From contig NIVC01000639.1 in assembly GCA_002269645.1 (NCBI GenBank), forward strand, positions 346,760 to 410,759: a DNA stretch of 64,000 nucleotides. Reading direction: 5' to 3'. Under the pieces are notes generated by a model, which was not told the origin of the DNA, did not search any database, and saw only the letters and a program-made list of their open reading frames with translations. The translations under genes and the position numbers were made by a program. Within the stretch, counting starts at the first letter, position 1. Each line of letters begins with the position of its first letter. Below, in pieces: positions 27,651 through 39,398 of the stretch. The DNA comes from Macrostomum lignano (Eukaryota).

Positions 27651-27890
27651 TTGAGCAGTCCTGAGCAGCAGTCCCTGAACTCAACAAAACCCGCAGGCTA
27701 CCACTGGGACCTGAGCAGTCCTGAGCAGCAGTCCCTGAACTCAACAAAACCCGCAGGCTACCACTGGGACCTGAGCAGTCCTGAGCAGCAGTCCCTGAAC
27801 TCAACAAAACCCGCAGGCTACCACTGGGACCTGAGCAGTCCTGAGCAGCAGTCCCTGAACTCAACAAAACCCGCAGGCTACCACTGGGAC
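27651..27890 (+). repeat. 60 bp x4 tandem duplication spanning the final Fat splice acceptor
   Basis: Units 27651-27710, -27770, -27830, -27890, each with acccgcAG|GCTACCACTGGGAC. Confidence 0.97.
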
Positions 27891-28220
27891 ACGTCCGACT
27901 GGCGCGGCGCGGCGGCGACCCTGGGCGGCCTTGGCGCGTCCAGGGGCCCCGGCAACCCGCCGGATCTCATCATGGACGGCGGCCCGTTCAGCGTCAGCTA
28001 CTTCGGCGGCGCCGGCTGTCGGCAAACGTCGGCAGCGTCGGCATCGTCGCCTTCGAACGCGTCGACGTCGACATCGGCGGCCGCCTCGGCGCCTCCGCTG
28101 GTCGTCATCGGCTGCGGCGGCGGTGGCAGCGGCTTCGGCGGCGGTGGCAGCGGCTTCGGCGGCTTCGGCGGCCTGGCGGAGGAGAGCGAGGAGCTGCGGG
28201 TGAACGAAACGGTGGCTTGA
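27877..28220 (+). CDS. FAT1/2/3-like: Fat-like cadherin terminal exon (start may be 27697, 27757, 27817 or 27877)
   Basis: Phase-1 join gives DDQG-YHWDTSDW, matching the DDNGYHWDTSDW motif of vertebrate FAT1-3 tails. Stop TGA at 28218-28220. Confidence 0.88.
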
Positions 28221-28902
28221 ACGGCAGCTGAGCGTTGATGACGACAGGACGAAGCGCGAAGAAGATGTACACACACAGGTGCACATTCTGAGTACTTTTT
28301 GAGTTCCCCCGGAGTCCTTGCAAGAGATTAATTTCTGCTTTGAGCTGAATTTAAAAAATATTCTTAATGTTAAACAGCGCGCTTGCACATTTTTGTCATT
28401 TCTGTTTTTTCGTGTTTATTTTTTCATCTCTGCTACACTTAATTGGTGCTTTCTACTTGCAGTAGTGTATCTGCAGTAAGTAGTTGTAATAGTGTAAATT
28501 CGAATGCCGTGTGTCCCAGCTGCATCAGTGCTGCTGGGTATTGTGGCTAATCTCATTTTCGCAATAATATTCGCTGTAGGAATCTAATTTTCGCTAAGCA
28601 ATAAGAGTAATCAATACAAATCATACACAGTAACATTGTAAGAATAATGCACGGCGGCAGTGTTCGACGCAATGCTATTCCTTTAGTAGCGAAACACGAA
28701 TGCACTATAAGTTTACATTGCTATGCAAATTCTACGAGCGTACTTTGAATTGCATCAATATTAATACATTAAAATCGAGTGACTATGGACGTCTGCACTA
28801 CGCCAATTCATTTGCAAGTTTGACAAAACAGGTTTTCATTACCTTGCTGTACTCTACTATCTAATGTAATTATTGAAGAGCCTTGCCAACTTCGAAGTTA
28901 GT

Positions 28903-28933
28903 TAGTTAGTTAGTTAGTTAGTCAGTCAGTTAT

Positions 28934-29010
<77 letters not shown>

Positions 29011-29021
29011 CAGTCAGTTAT

Positions 29022-29070
<49 letters not shown>

Positions 29071-29081
29071 CAGTCAGTTAT

Positions 29082-29154
<73 letters not shown>

Positions 29155-29165
29155 CAGTCAGTTAT

Positions 29166-29225
<60 letters not shown>

Positions 29226-29239
29226 CTAGTTAGTCAGTC

Positions 29240-29318
<79 letters not shown>

Positions 29319-29329
29319 CAGTCAGTTAT

Positions 29330-29402
<73 letters not shown>

Positions 29403-29413
29403 CAGTCAGTTAT

Positions 29414-29462
<49 letters not shown>

Positions 29463-29473
29463 CAGTCAGTTAT

Positions 29474-29546
<73 letters not shown>

Positions 29547-29557
29547 CAGTCAGTTAT

Positions 29558-29613
<56 letters not shown>

Positions 29614-29627
29614 CTAGTTAGTCAGTC

Positions 29628-29702
<75 letters not shown>

Positions 29703-29713
29703 CAGTCAGTTAT

Positions 29714-29781
<68 letters not shown>

Positions 29782-29799
29782 CTAGTTAGTCAGTCAGTC

Positions 29800-29868
<69 letters not shown>

Positions 29869-29873
29869 CTTAC

Positions 29874-29946
<73 letters not shown>

Positions 29947-29985
29947 CAGTCAGTTATTTAGTTAGTTAGTTAGTTAATTAGTTAC

Positions 29986-30060
<75 letters not shown>

Positions 30061-30065
30061 CTTAC

Positions 30066-30120
<55 letters not shown>

Positions 30121-30161
30121 CTTACTTAGTTAGTTAGTTAGTTAGTTAGTTAATTAGTTAC

Positions 30162-30238
<77 letters not shown>

Positions 30239-30267
30239 CAGTTAGTTAGTTAGTTAGTTAGTTAGTA

Positions 30268-30345
<78 letters not shown>
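28903..30345. repeat. (TTAG)n microsatellite, ~1.4 kb, with periodic GTCA/TATT variants
   Basis: Direct reading. Confidence 0.98.
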
Positions 30346-30346
<1 letters not shown>

Positions 30347-30359
30347 GAGGCTGCGACCC

Positions 30360-31815
30360 TTACTGAGGGTCGCAGCCCGCATTCCGGCAAATCCCGCTGG
30401 CATCGTCAAAGCTGAGTCTCTGCACACTGATCGGGAAGTCCTTGGTGACTTGTTGAATCTGGCGAATCCTGTTGCTGGGATACCAGGCCTTGCACAGACC
30501 GCTGATGTCTCTCAGCAGCAGGTGCTGAGCGTGCCGTAGGCGGGCCAGCCCGATGTACCGAGCCTTCAAAAACGCGATGCCGAACTTGCCCGACACGAAT
30601 CGCAGGCTGCGAAGGCAGCGCAGGTTGTCGGCGCCCAGCCGGTCGGTCCGCATGATGAAGAGGCGGCCGTAGAAAACCTGCAGCGATTCCAGAGCCTGCA
30701 GGCTGGCCTGGCTTGCCAGAATCGGAGCCTCCACGGTCAGAGCCGAGCTTGACTCCCAAATCACGCAGCCGCGGTTTCTCAGCGACATCGCCGATGCATC
30801 GTTGAGCAGCGGAGATTCCACTGAGCACGCTTTGCAGAGCGCAGGCGCAGAGCACAACTGACAGGCACTGGCAGCTGGGATCTCATTTGGCGGGCACTTG
30901 GCTGAGCAGTGGCGACTGTCAGAGCTGGTTGGGAAATTCCTGTCGCACTGCTTCACGCAAATGCAGCTCCAGTTGCTTCAGGCCGGACGCTCCAGCTTCA
31001 AGGCGCGAACAGCCGCTCCTGCAGACGCCTCGGGCCTGCCGGAGCAGCCGCCCACGCACTGGCTGCCGCAGCACTCCTCCCTACCCGAGTCCGGATCGCG
31101 GTAGCAACGGCCGCACTGCAGCCGCTCAATGCAGCCGTGAAAGCGCTGGCAGCCATTGGGCCCGCCTGACCAGCACAGCCGCCTTCCCGAGGCCTGCGAG
31201 TTGCAGCTGGCGTGACAGCTGGCCACTGACAAGCAAGCAACGGTTACCATGGAGGTCTGATCGATAAAATGATGCTTCGATTCGCTGTGGAGCAAGTTGG
31301 ACCAGTCAATGGAGCGCGACAGATGGCAGTACAGACTGGCGTGCAGGTTGCCGATGATGCTGGCGTCTCCCTGGATGGCGCTGAGGCTGGGCAGATCCAG
31401 CCGAGTGGGGTACATTGACTGCATCACCTCCAGGGCGTGGAAGTGGCTCCTCCAGGTTTTTGCCGCGAATGATGCGCCGACGGCGCAGGCTGATGCGCTC
31501 CAAGTTGGCCCGCTTGATCACCAGCCGGCCGCTGATCTCCTCGATGGAGTCCAGGAAGTCGGTGCTCATCCTGCTGATGAAGCTGTCCAGCGGCGCTTCG
31601 GAGATCGGATTGACGCCGAAGTTCTCGATGACGAGGTCGCCGAGCACGTGCTGGCAGCCGGCCACGGTGCTCGCCAGCTGGGCGTGCAGCCTGCTGACGT
31701 TTCAGTGAGAGGCGTAGCCGCCATGGCTGACCCGAATGGTTTTGCACACGCGGCCGTCCTGCGGCACCAACGAGGCCAGCAGAGGGAGAAACAGGAGCCC
31801 GACAATGCTCGGCAT
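30360..31815 (-). pseudogene. Intronless EGFR/ErbB-like ectodomain fragment (signal peptide, L1, furin-like Cys-rich, L2, start of second Cys-rich), disrupted and truncated
   Basis: MPSIVGLLFLPLLASLV signal peptide; GCQHVLGDLVI, IIRG, LYC...IDWSNLL, CCGSQCVGGC, CVKQC, GC..., LRSLRFVSG, CDPQ. In-frame TGA at 31704-31702 and 30980-30978, frameshift near 31452, no TM or kinase. Confidence 0.8.
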
Positions 31816-32134
31816 GGCCAGTTGGAGTGGCAGTTTTCCTTTCAGACTTGAGAAATTGCAAAATTGCTTATTATACAGCTCAGATCGACTTCAGTGATTT
31901 CTGATCCAGGAATGCCGCTTTTTTGCCAAAATATCGCATTCAGTAAAACAAGTTCTAAATAAAATTCTGTATCCAAATATTGTGAAAAATATTTTTCTGC
32001 TATTTCTGCTAGTAACGGATTTTTGTTGCTTGAGGAAATTTTGCTGCTCACTCAAGCATAACAAGACTCGAACCCGAACTATCACAAACCCGAAAAATCG
32101 AAATCCCGAAAATCATAAACCCGAAATATCACAT

Positions 32135-33040
32135 GAGCTAGAGTAGATCTAGCTAGAGCTAGACTGGGTCATGAGCTAGACTGGGTCATGAGCTAGACTG
32201 GGGTCATGAGCTAGACTGGGGTCATGAGCTAGAGTAGGGTCATGAGCTAGACTGGGGTCAGGAGCTAGACTGGGGTCATGAGCTAAACTGGGGTCATGAG
32301 CTAGACTGGGGTCATGAGCTAGACTAGGGTCAGGAGCTAGACTGGGGTCATGAGCTAGACTGGGGTCAGGAGCTAGACTGGGGTCATGAGCTAGACTGGG
32401 GTCATGAGCCAGAGTAGGGTCATGAGCTAGACTGGGTCATGAGCTAGACTGGGGTCATGAGCTAGACTGGGGTCATGAGCTAGACTGGGGTCAGGAGCTA
32501 GACTGAGGTCATGAGCTAGACTGGGGTCATGAGCTAGAGTAGGGTCATGAGCTAGACTGGGGTCATGAGCTAGAGTAGGGTCATGAGCTAGAGTAGGGTC
32601 ATGAGCTAGACTGGGGTCATGAGCTAGACTGGGGTCATGAGCTAGAGTAGGGTCATGAGCTAGAGTAGGGTCATGAGCTAGACTGGGGTCATGAGCTAGA
32701 CTGGGGTCAGGAGCTAGACTGGGGTCATAAGCTAGACTGGGGTCAGGAGCTAGACTGGGGTCAGGAGCTAGACTGAGGTCATGAGCTAGACTGGGGTCAT
32801 GAGCTAGAGTAGGGTCATGAGCTAGACTGGGGTCATGAGCTAGAGTAGGGTCATGAGCTAGAGTAGGGTCATGAGCTAGACTGGGGTCATGAGCTAGACT
32901 GGGGTCATGAGCTAGAGTAGGGTCATGAGCTAGAGTAGGGTCATGAGCTAGACTGGGGTCATGAGCTAGACTGGGGTCAGGAGCTAGACTGGGGTCATAA
33001 GCTAGACTGGGGTCAGGAGCTAGACTGGGGTCATGAGCTA
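32135..33040. repeat. Minisatellite, 18 bp unit GAGCTAGACTGGGGTCAT
   Basis: Direct tandem copies. Confidence 0.95.
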
Positions 33041-33369
33041 CATTAGCTGGAACAGTGAGGCACGGCTATTTTCATAGCCAAAGGCCAGCCACAGGGAAGC
33101 AAAGATGCTTGTTGCACTTCAGTTTACGCGCTGAGTCACCGCCTAAGCCGAGATGTCTATGGCCCAGGCTCCCCGATCCTGACAGGATTTCGCCTACAAG
33201 AGGGACTCAAACGCGCCCTCAGCTCAGCTGACTCACCACGAGTTCCTTCAAGCGCAACCATTTTTCAGGCAAACGCAAAACAGAACGGCGATGACAGCGG
33301 CGAAAGCAGTAAGCAACCGGCAGCAGAAGCAACAGGAAACAAGAAGATCGGTGCAGCAGGCCAGACAGC

Positions 33370-34070
33370 AAGCAAAAGCAGGTGTAGATCAGGTGAGGCG
33401 GGAAGCAAAAGCAGGTGTAGATCAGGTGAGGCGGGAAGCAAAAGCAGGTGTAGATCAGGTGAGGCGGGAAGCAAAAGCAGCTGTAGATCAATTGAAGTTG
33501 GAAAGTAGGGAGGCTGTGAAGCAAAAGCAGCAAGAAGGTAGGGAGGCTGTGAAGCGAAAGCAGCAAGAAGGTAGGGAGGCTGTGAAGCGAAAGTAGCAAG
33601 AAGGTAGAAAGGCTGTGAAGCGAAAGCAGCAAGAAGGTAGAAAGGCTGTGAAGCGAAAGCAGCAAGAAATTAGGGAGGCTGTGAAGCGAAAGCAGCAAGA
33701 AGGTAGGGAGGCTGTGAAGCGAAAGCAGCAAGAAGGTAGGGAGGCTGTGAAGCGAAAGCAGCAAGAAAGTAGAGAGGCTGTGAAGCGAAAGCAGAGAGAA
33801 TGTCGAGAAGAAGATGTGAAGCATCAAGCTGTTGAACTGACGAAGCAGCAAGCTGTGAAGCGGAAGCAGCAAGCTGTGAAGCGGAAGCAGCAAGCTGTGA
33901 AGCGGAAGCAGCAAGCTGTGGAGCGGAAGCAGCAAGCTGTGACACGGAAGCAGCAAGCTGTGAAGCGGAAGCAGCAAGCTGTGACACGGAAGAAGCAAGC
34001 TGCGAAGCGGAAGCAGCAAGCTGTGAAGCGGAAGCAGCAAGCTGTGACACGGAAGCAGCAACCTGCAAAG
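33370..34070. repeat. Compound tandem repeats (36, 30 and 21 bp units) built on GCTGTGAAGCG(A/G)AAGCAGCAA
   Basis: Direct reading; all units are multiples of 3. Confidence 0.85.
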
Positions 34071-34782
34071 CAGAGGCAACGATCAAGAAGAAGAGTCAAG
34101 TGGAAGCTGCCAGCAAGAGGGGCTACGCAGCAGGGAGCAAGCAAGAGAAAGAAGCAGAGAAGCAGAGTCTGCAGGCAGCCAGAAGGTCTGTCTTCCCGGC
34201 TGAGGCGGCGCCGGTGAGACTTGGTCCGCCACATTTGTTTTATTATTTTACTTTTGTTTTAATTGCAAAAACTCAACAAAAAAAACAAAAAAACAAAAAC
34301 AACAAAAAACCAAAAAAATATAAACCTAATGTTTACCAATTATATTAGATTACAGATAAAATTCATATCTAAATTTCAAATTGCATTCATTGATTTCTAG
34401 AGTAATCATACCTTTATTTTATATTCTTACCAGTAAAAAAACTTGAATATATTACAATGCTCTGAAAACCATCTTGATTCCCATCTCGATTGCACACCTA
34501 TCGCACTTTTATCTTTACTTACTAATACAGTGTAATTCACTTACAATCATAAATTTAATAGTCCAAAATTTCGTATTGTATGACTGTATTAGAAATTAAC
34601 TGAAATTTCAGAAATTTTTTCAAATTCAGCACCTTACCTTTCTTTGTCTGCAATCCCCCACTCCCAGCACCCAGCCGGCTCTGCCAAGCCGCCTCAAATA
34701 ATTTGTCCTTACTAAACTCTCCCTCACTTTCTCCGCCTCTCGTCATGGAGGGAAGCGGGGATCGCAGGGAAGAGCAGGCGAT

Positions 34783-34905
34783 GCTTGATGGGGCAGAAAG
34801 CAGCCTAGCCACCTGCTGTCCGCTCCATCACGCATCCCTGAATCCCCCAGACTCCTCCTAATTGGAGAGCCCGCCCACCAGTCTACTTACCTACCTATCT
34901 ACCTA
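34783..34905 (+). repeat. Dispersed repeat, copy 1 (homologous to 40811-40930)
   Basis: Shares GCTTGATGGGGC.GAAAGCAGCCTAGCCACCTG...GAATCCCCCAGACTCCT...AATTGGAGAGCCCGCC...CTTACCTACC. Confidence 0.8.
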
Positions 34906-35304
34906 AATACCTACCAATTTATCTACCTGCCTAAATATTTATCTACCTATTTATCTACCTTACCCTACCTGTCTGCTTTTATTTATACCGCACTTACACC
35001 AATATAAATACAGGGCCGCAACAACTGAGCTGTTTCATCAAAGCTTTACTCTACTTAAAGTTAAGATGGCTGCTTGCAACCTTCCTCGTGTTTGGGGTTC
35101 ACGAGTAACCAACGTCCCCCACTATTGTAAAGTCTGTGATGAAATGCTTAGTTGCTGTAGTCCCGCTAAAACTACGTTTTATTTGAAAATAAACAAACTA
35201 TTATCAGTCCAACAGCCTCACATTCTACCAAAGAAACTAATACAGTACCCACAAGTTTTTATTTTCCGGTACACACCTGGCCGAGAAACCTAGTAGACAA
35301 CAAC

Positions 35305-35582
35305 CCGGCAGCACACCCGGCGGCACACCCGGCGGCACACCCGGCAACACACCCAGCAGCACACCCGGCGGCACACCTGGCAACACACCCGGCAGCACAC
35401 CCGGCAGCACACCTGGCAGCACACCCGGCAGAAACACCCGGCAGCACACCCGGCAGCAACACCCGGCAGCAACACCCGGCAGCACACCCGGCAGCAACAC
35501 CCGGCAGCACACCCGGCAGCACACCCGGCAGCAACACCCGGCAGCAACACCCGGCAGCACACCCGGCAGCAACACTGGCAAC
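35305..35582. repeat. 12-13 bp unit CACACCCGGCAG(CA)
   Basis: Direct reading. Confidence 0.9.
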
Positions 35583-36924
35583 ACTGAAACGTACCACAAA
35601 CTTGAATTAATCGAGTTTCTTTCTTGGAAAACCTCCCATATTTTACAAAGTATTCTTTGTAAGAAAACTTCGCGAGATTGTTAAGATCAAACACAACGGT
35701 CAAATACAACATTGCAAACTGACTAAAATATTGTTTAAGGAAACGATTACCTATGTTGCAATCTGGAGTGTCTCAGCTGTCTATACATATTTTAAATGAA
35801 TCATAAGTGCTTGCCTTGTAATAATATAGGTACGAGCTAATTCGACACTTATACTTCAGGGTTCGGGTTAGGGTTAGGGTTAAGTGCTTTTGTAGTATAA
35901 TTCCAATGGTCTTTAATATATTGTAAAAGTGTAGAACTTTATGTATAGTGTAATAGTTTATGAGACAAAGTACAGTCAAAAACTTCAAAGTGAATGAATG
36001 GTTGAAATCAAATTGCACCTGTGCATTCTAGCTAAACCCTATCTATAAGGGGTAGTGAATTCAACAATGCCCAACAGCTTGAAGTCCCATGAACAGTGCC
36101 AGCAGAGTGGATGTCTACGAGCTACTTTATCTGTGAAAGGCTGAGCAACTATTGAGCAATACATCCTTCCGAACTATTGGTCTGTGCGCCATCTTCCGCC
36201 TGTTTGGAGTCTGCGAGAGCCGCTGTCGAATTGTTTCTTCGCTTGGAGGCCCATCACCCGTCCTTTGCCGTCCAGACTCAACAACGAGCAAATGCTAGCA
36301 GACCTGAGCAGCATTCGTGGAAGTCGTTTAGTCGAAGATCTCAACCAAACTGCCCATGCCAGCAACCTGCACAAAAATACAGATCCACGCAGCCTATGCA
36401 ACTGGTACACTTAACTAGACCAGAGGCTGACCTTCCACTACGAGTGCAGAGATGCAGCCCGGGCTCCTGTGCGGCAGCTGGATAAAGTGATAAATAAAGT
36501 GACAGCTAGCAGCTGTGCCAGGCGTGAGCAAGTGCTACGACAACATTAAAGTTCTCTTTCAGCATCAGAGCCTCGGAGGAGGAACAGTGACTTACGCACA
36601 ATTGTCACTGACTGTCATTGAGCACTGACTCAAGCATAACTGTCTCTTCCACTGAGTCTGGTTTTTTGGCTGGACCCACCACCTCCGAAATACCGAATAT
36701 ACTCGTAAAAACGAACAAATCGAAAAAATAGAACACACAAAATTACTTTGCACAAATTATAATGACTTTTATTCGATGCCCTATTGTCAGTAGAAATACA
36801 AGGAAAATACGCTAAGAAAAAAGTCTATAAAAATATGTCCAATACGAGCCATGGTACGTGTACTGTTAAGCTAAACAAATGGTTTTTATTTGCTACACAA
36901 AACCTCTGAGGGCTGGTAGATTGA

Positions 36925-37390
36925 CATATCAGTGTGTTATCAGTGTGCCAGTCTGTGTCTTATCAGTGTGCCAGTCCGTGTCTTATCAGTGTGCCAGTCC
37001 GGGTCTTATCAGTGTGCCAGTCCGGGTCTTATCAGTGTGCCAGTCCAGGTCTTATCAGTGTGCCAGTCTGTGTCTTATCAGTGTGCCAGTCCGTGTCTTA
37101 TCAGTGTGCCAGTCCGGGTCTTATCAGTGTGCCAGTTCGGGTCTTATCAGTGTGCTAGTCCGGGTCTTATCAGTGTGCCAGTCCGGGTCATCAGTGTGCC
37201 AGTCCGGGTCTTATCAGTGTGCCAGTCCGGGTCTTATCAGTGTGCCAGTCCAGGTCTTATCAGTGTGCCAGTCCGGGTCTTATCAGTGTGCCAGTCCGGG
37301 TCTTATCAGTGTGCCAGTCCAGGTCTTATCAGTGTGCCAGTCCGGGTCTTATCAGTGTGCCAGTTCGTGCCTTATCAGTGCGCCAGTCCA
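36925..37390. repeat. Minisatellite, 23 bp unit TCTTATCAGTGTGCCAGTCCGGG
   Basis: Directly follows the stop of the LamG-like gene; a candidate poly(A) signal AATAAA lies beyond it at 36773-36768 (minus). Confidence 0.95.
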
Positions 37391-37397
37391 GTGGTTT

Positions 37398-38245
37398 TCA
37401 GTCAGTCTCGGAGTTGCACAGGTTGCGAAGGCTGTCGAACTGGGACTTGCTGAGCGAGGCGTTCGCGAATCCCCAGCACTGCAGCCAGCCGCTGTAGTAG
37501 GGAGGGCTCGAGCCGAAGCAGTTGCCGATGCGGAGGCAGTCGTAGTACTGGCCGGAGATAGGAATTGCGCCAGTTCTGTACGGCGCGTCAGTGTTGTACA
37601 GGCTTCCGTTCATGTACCACTTGTTCGCGTAGTTCAGGGCGGCTCCATCAAAGCTCACTCCCACCGAGTTGCGTCTCTGGGTGCCATCAATCGGAATGAC
37701 ACTATCCGAGTTGACGTAAGCATATGCGCTGGAGCCGTCCACAAAGTAGTTGATGGAGTAAATACCGCCATTGTTGTTGGCGCTCCAGTAGCTGACTCTC
37801 AGGCTCGAGCTGCAGCCGCTGAACGAGCTCAAGCAGCTCCCCCTGCATAGGGAGATGCGAATTCGGTTGAAACAAGTGCTCAAACTCGAACGACAAAAAC
37901 AGCTGGCAATTCTTACGTGCCGTTGACAGCAAAAGTTCCTTGAAAGAAGAGACTGAAACTTTTTCCGGCTTTGAAATTCTCAAAATAGTTGGATGTGTTA
38001 ATCTTGATGTAGGAGCCAGAAGTGCCGCTAAGACGAGCTCCGTTGACTGAGTTCTGCTCCGCCACACCGAATGGAGTCGCTAGGAAGCTCGTTGGGTCAG
38101 CCAGGTTTGTGTAGCCCTTCTTGAAGTCGTACCAGAGCAGCAGGCTTGAAGAGAAGCTGAGAGCCGCAATGCCAGATGGAGTTGCAGGCGTGGAGACGGA
38201 ATCGATGGTAGGAGGTTCAGTGCCGGCAGCTGGCGTTGAGAAATG
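37398..38245 (-). CDS. Laminin-G/concanavalin-A-like (LamG3/pentraxin-type) domain protein; last two exons 38245-37917 and 37842-37398, 5' end not found
   Basis: ttctcAG acceptor at 38246; 74-bp intron AC|GTAAGA...atgcAG|G joins two ORFs in frame. LLLWYDF...GSYIKI...SFSLFF...YSGWLQCWGFANASLSKSQFDSL fits the beta-sandwich pattern. Confidence 0.7.
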
Positions 38246-38304
38246 CTGAGAAATGGCAAAGAGTTGGCTTTTGTCAGCTCCAGCATCCAAAATTCCAAGT
38301 TCTA

Positions 38305-39398
38305 AGGACTAAGCTACCAGTATCCGATATCCGAAGCCTAAGTAATAAGCTACCAGTATCTAATATCCGAAGGTCCAAGGACTAAGCTACCAGTATCCAA
38401 TACCCGAAGGTCCAAGGACAAAGCTACCAGTATCCAATACCCGAAGGTCCAAGGACAAAGCTACCAGTATCTAATATCCGAAGGTCAAAGGACTAAGCTA
38501 CCAGTATCCAATATCCGAAGGTCCAAGGACTAAGCTACCAGTATCCAATATCCGAAGGTCCAAGGACTAAGCTACCAGTATCCAATACCCGAAGGTCCAA
38601 GGACAAAGCTACCAGTATCCAATATCCGAAGGTCCAAGGACTAAGCTACCAGCTAGTATCCAACATCCGAAGGTCTAAGGACTAAGCTATTGATACTAGT
38701 ATCCAATATCCGAAGGTCCAAGGACTAAGCTACCAGTATCCAATACCCGAAGGTCCAAGGACAAAGCTACCAGTATCCAATATCCGAAGGTCCAAGGACA
38801 AAGCTACCAGTATCTAATATCCGAAGGTCCAAGGACAAAGCTACCAGTATCTAATATCCGAAGGTCCAAGGACAAAGCTACCAGTATCCAATATCCGAAG
38901 GTCCAAGGACAAAGCTACCAGTATCCAATATCCGAAGGTCCAAGGACAAAGCTACCAGTATCCAATATCCGAAGGTCCAAGGACTAAGCTACCAGCTAGT
39001 ATCCAACATCCGAAGGTCTAATGACTAAGCTATTGATACTAGTATCCAATATCCGAAGGTCCAAGGACTAAGCTACCAGTATCCAATACCCGAAGGTCCA
39101 AGGACAAAGCTACCAGTATCCAATATCCGAAGGTCCAATGACAAAGCTACCAGTATCTAATATCCGAAGGTCCAAGGACAAAGCTACCAGTATCTAATAT
39201 CCGAAGGTCCAAGGACAAAGCTACCAGTATCCAATATCCGAAGGTCCAAGGACAAAGCTACCAGTATCCAATATCCGAAGGTCCAAGGACTAAGCTACCA
39301 GTATCCAATATCCGAAGGTCCAAGGACTAAGCTACCAGTATCCAATACCCGAAGGTCCAAGGACAAAGCTACCAGTATCCAATATCCGAAGGTCCAAG
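38305..39398. repeat. Minisatellite, 37 bp unit AAGCTACCAGTATCCAATATCCGAAGGTCCAAGGAC(T/A)
   Basis: Direct tandem copies. Confidence 0.95.

Noticed and set aside
28903-30345. Telomere-like array
   Set aside because: The unit is TTAG, not TTAGG or TTAGGG, and it is internal; treated as a microsatellite.
30978-31704. TGA recoding (selenocysteine or readthrough) in the EGFR-like ORF
   Set aside because: A frameshift and a 3' truncation accompany the stops, so pseudogenisation is simpler.
35858-35883. GGGTTA x3 interstitial telomeric motif
   Set aside because: Only about 3 copies, too short to support a telomere-healing or fusion claim.
36170-36490. Short ORFs with protein-like text (also 39497-39839, 41147-41413, 35066-35293)
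   Set aside because: No recognisable motif or consistent splice signals; cannot be supported without a database search.
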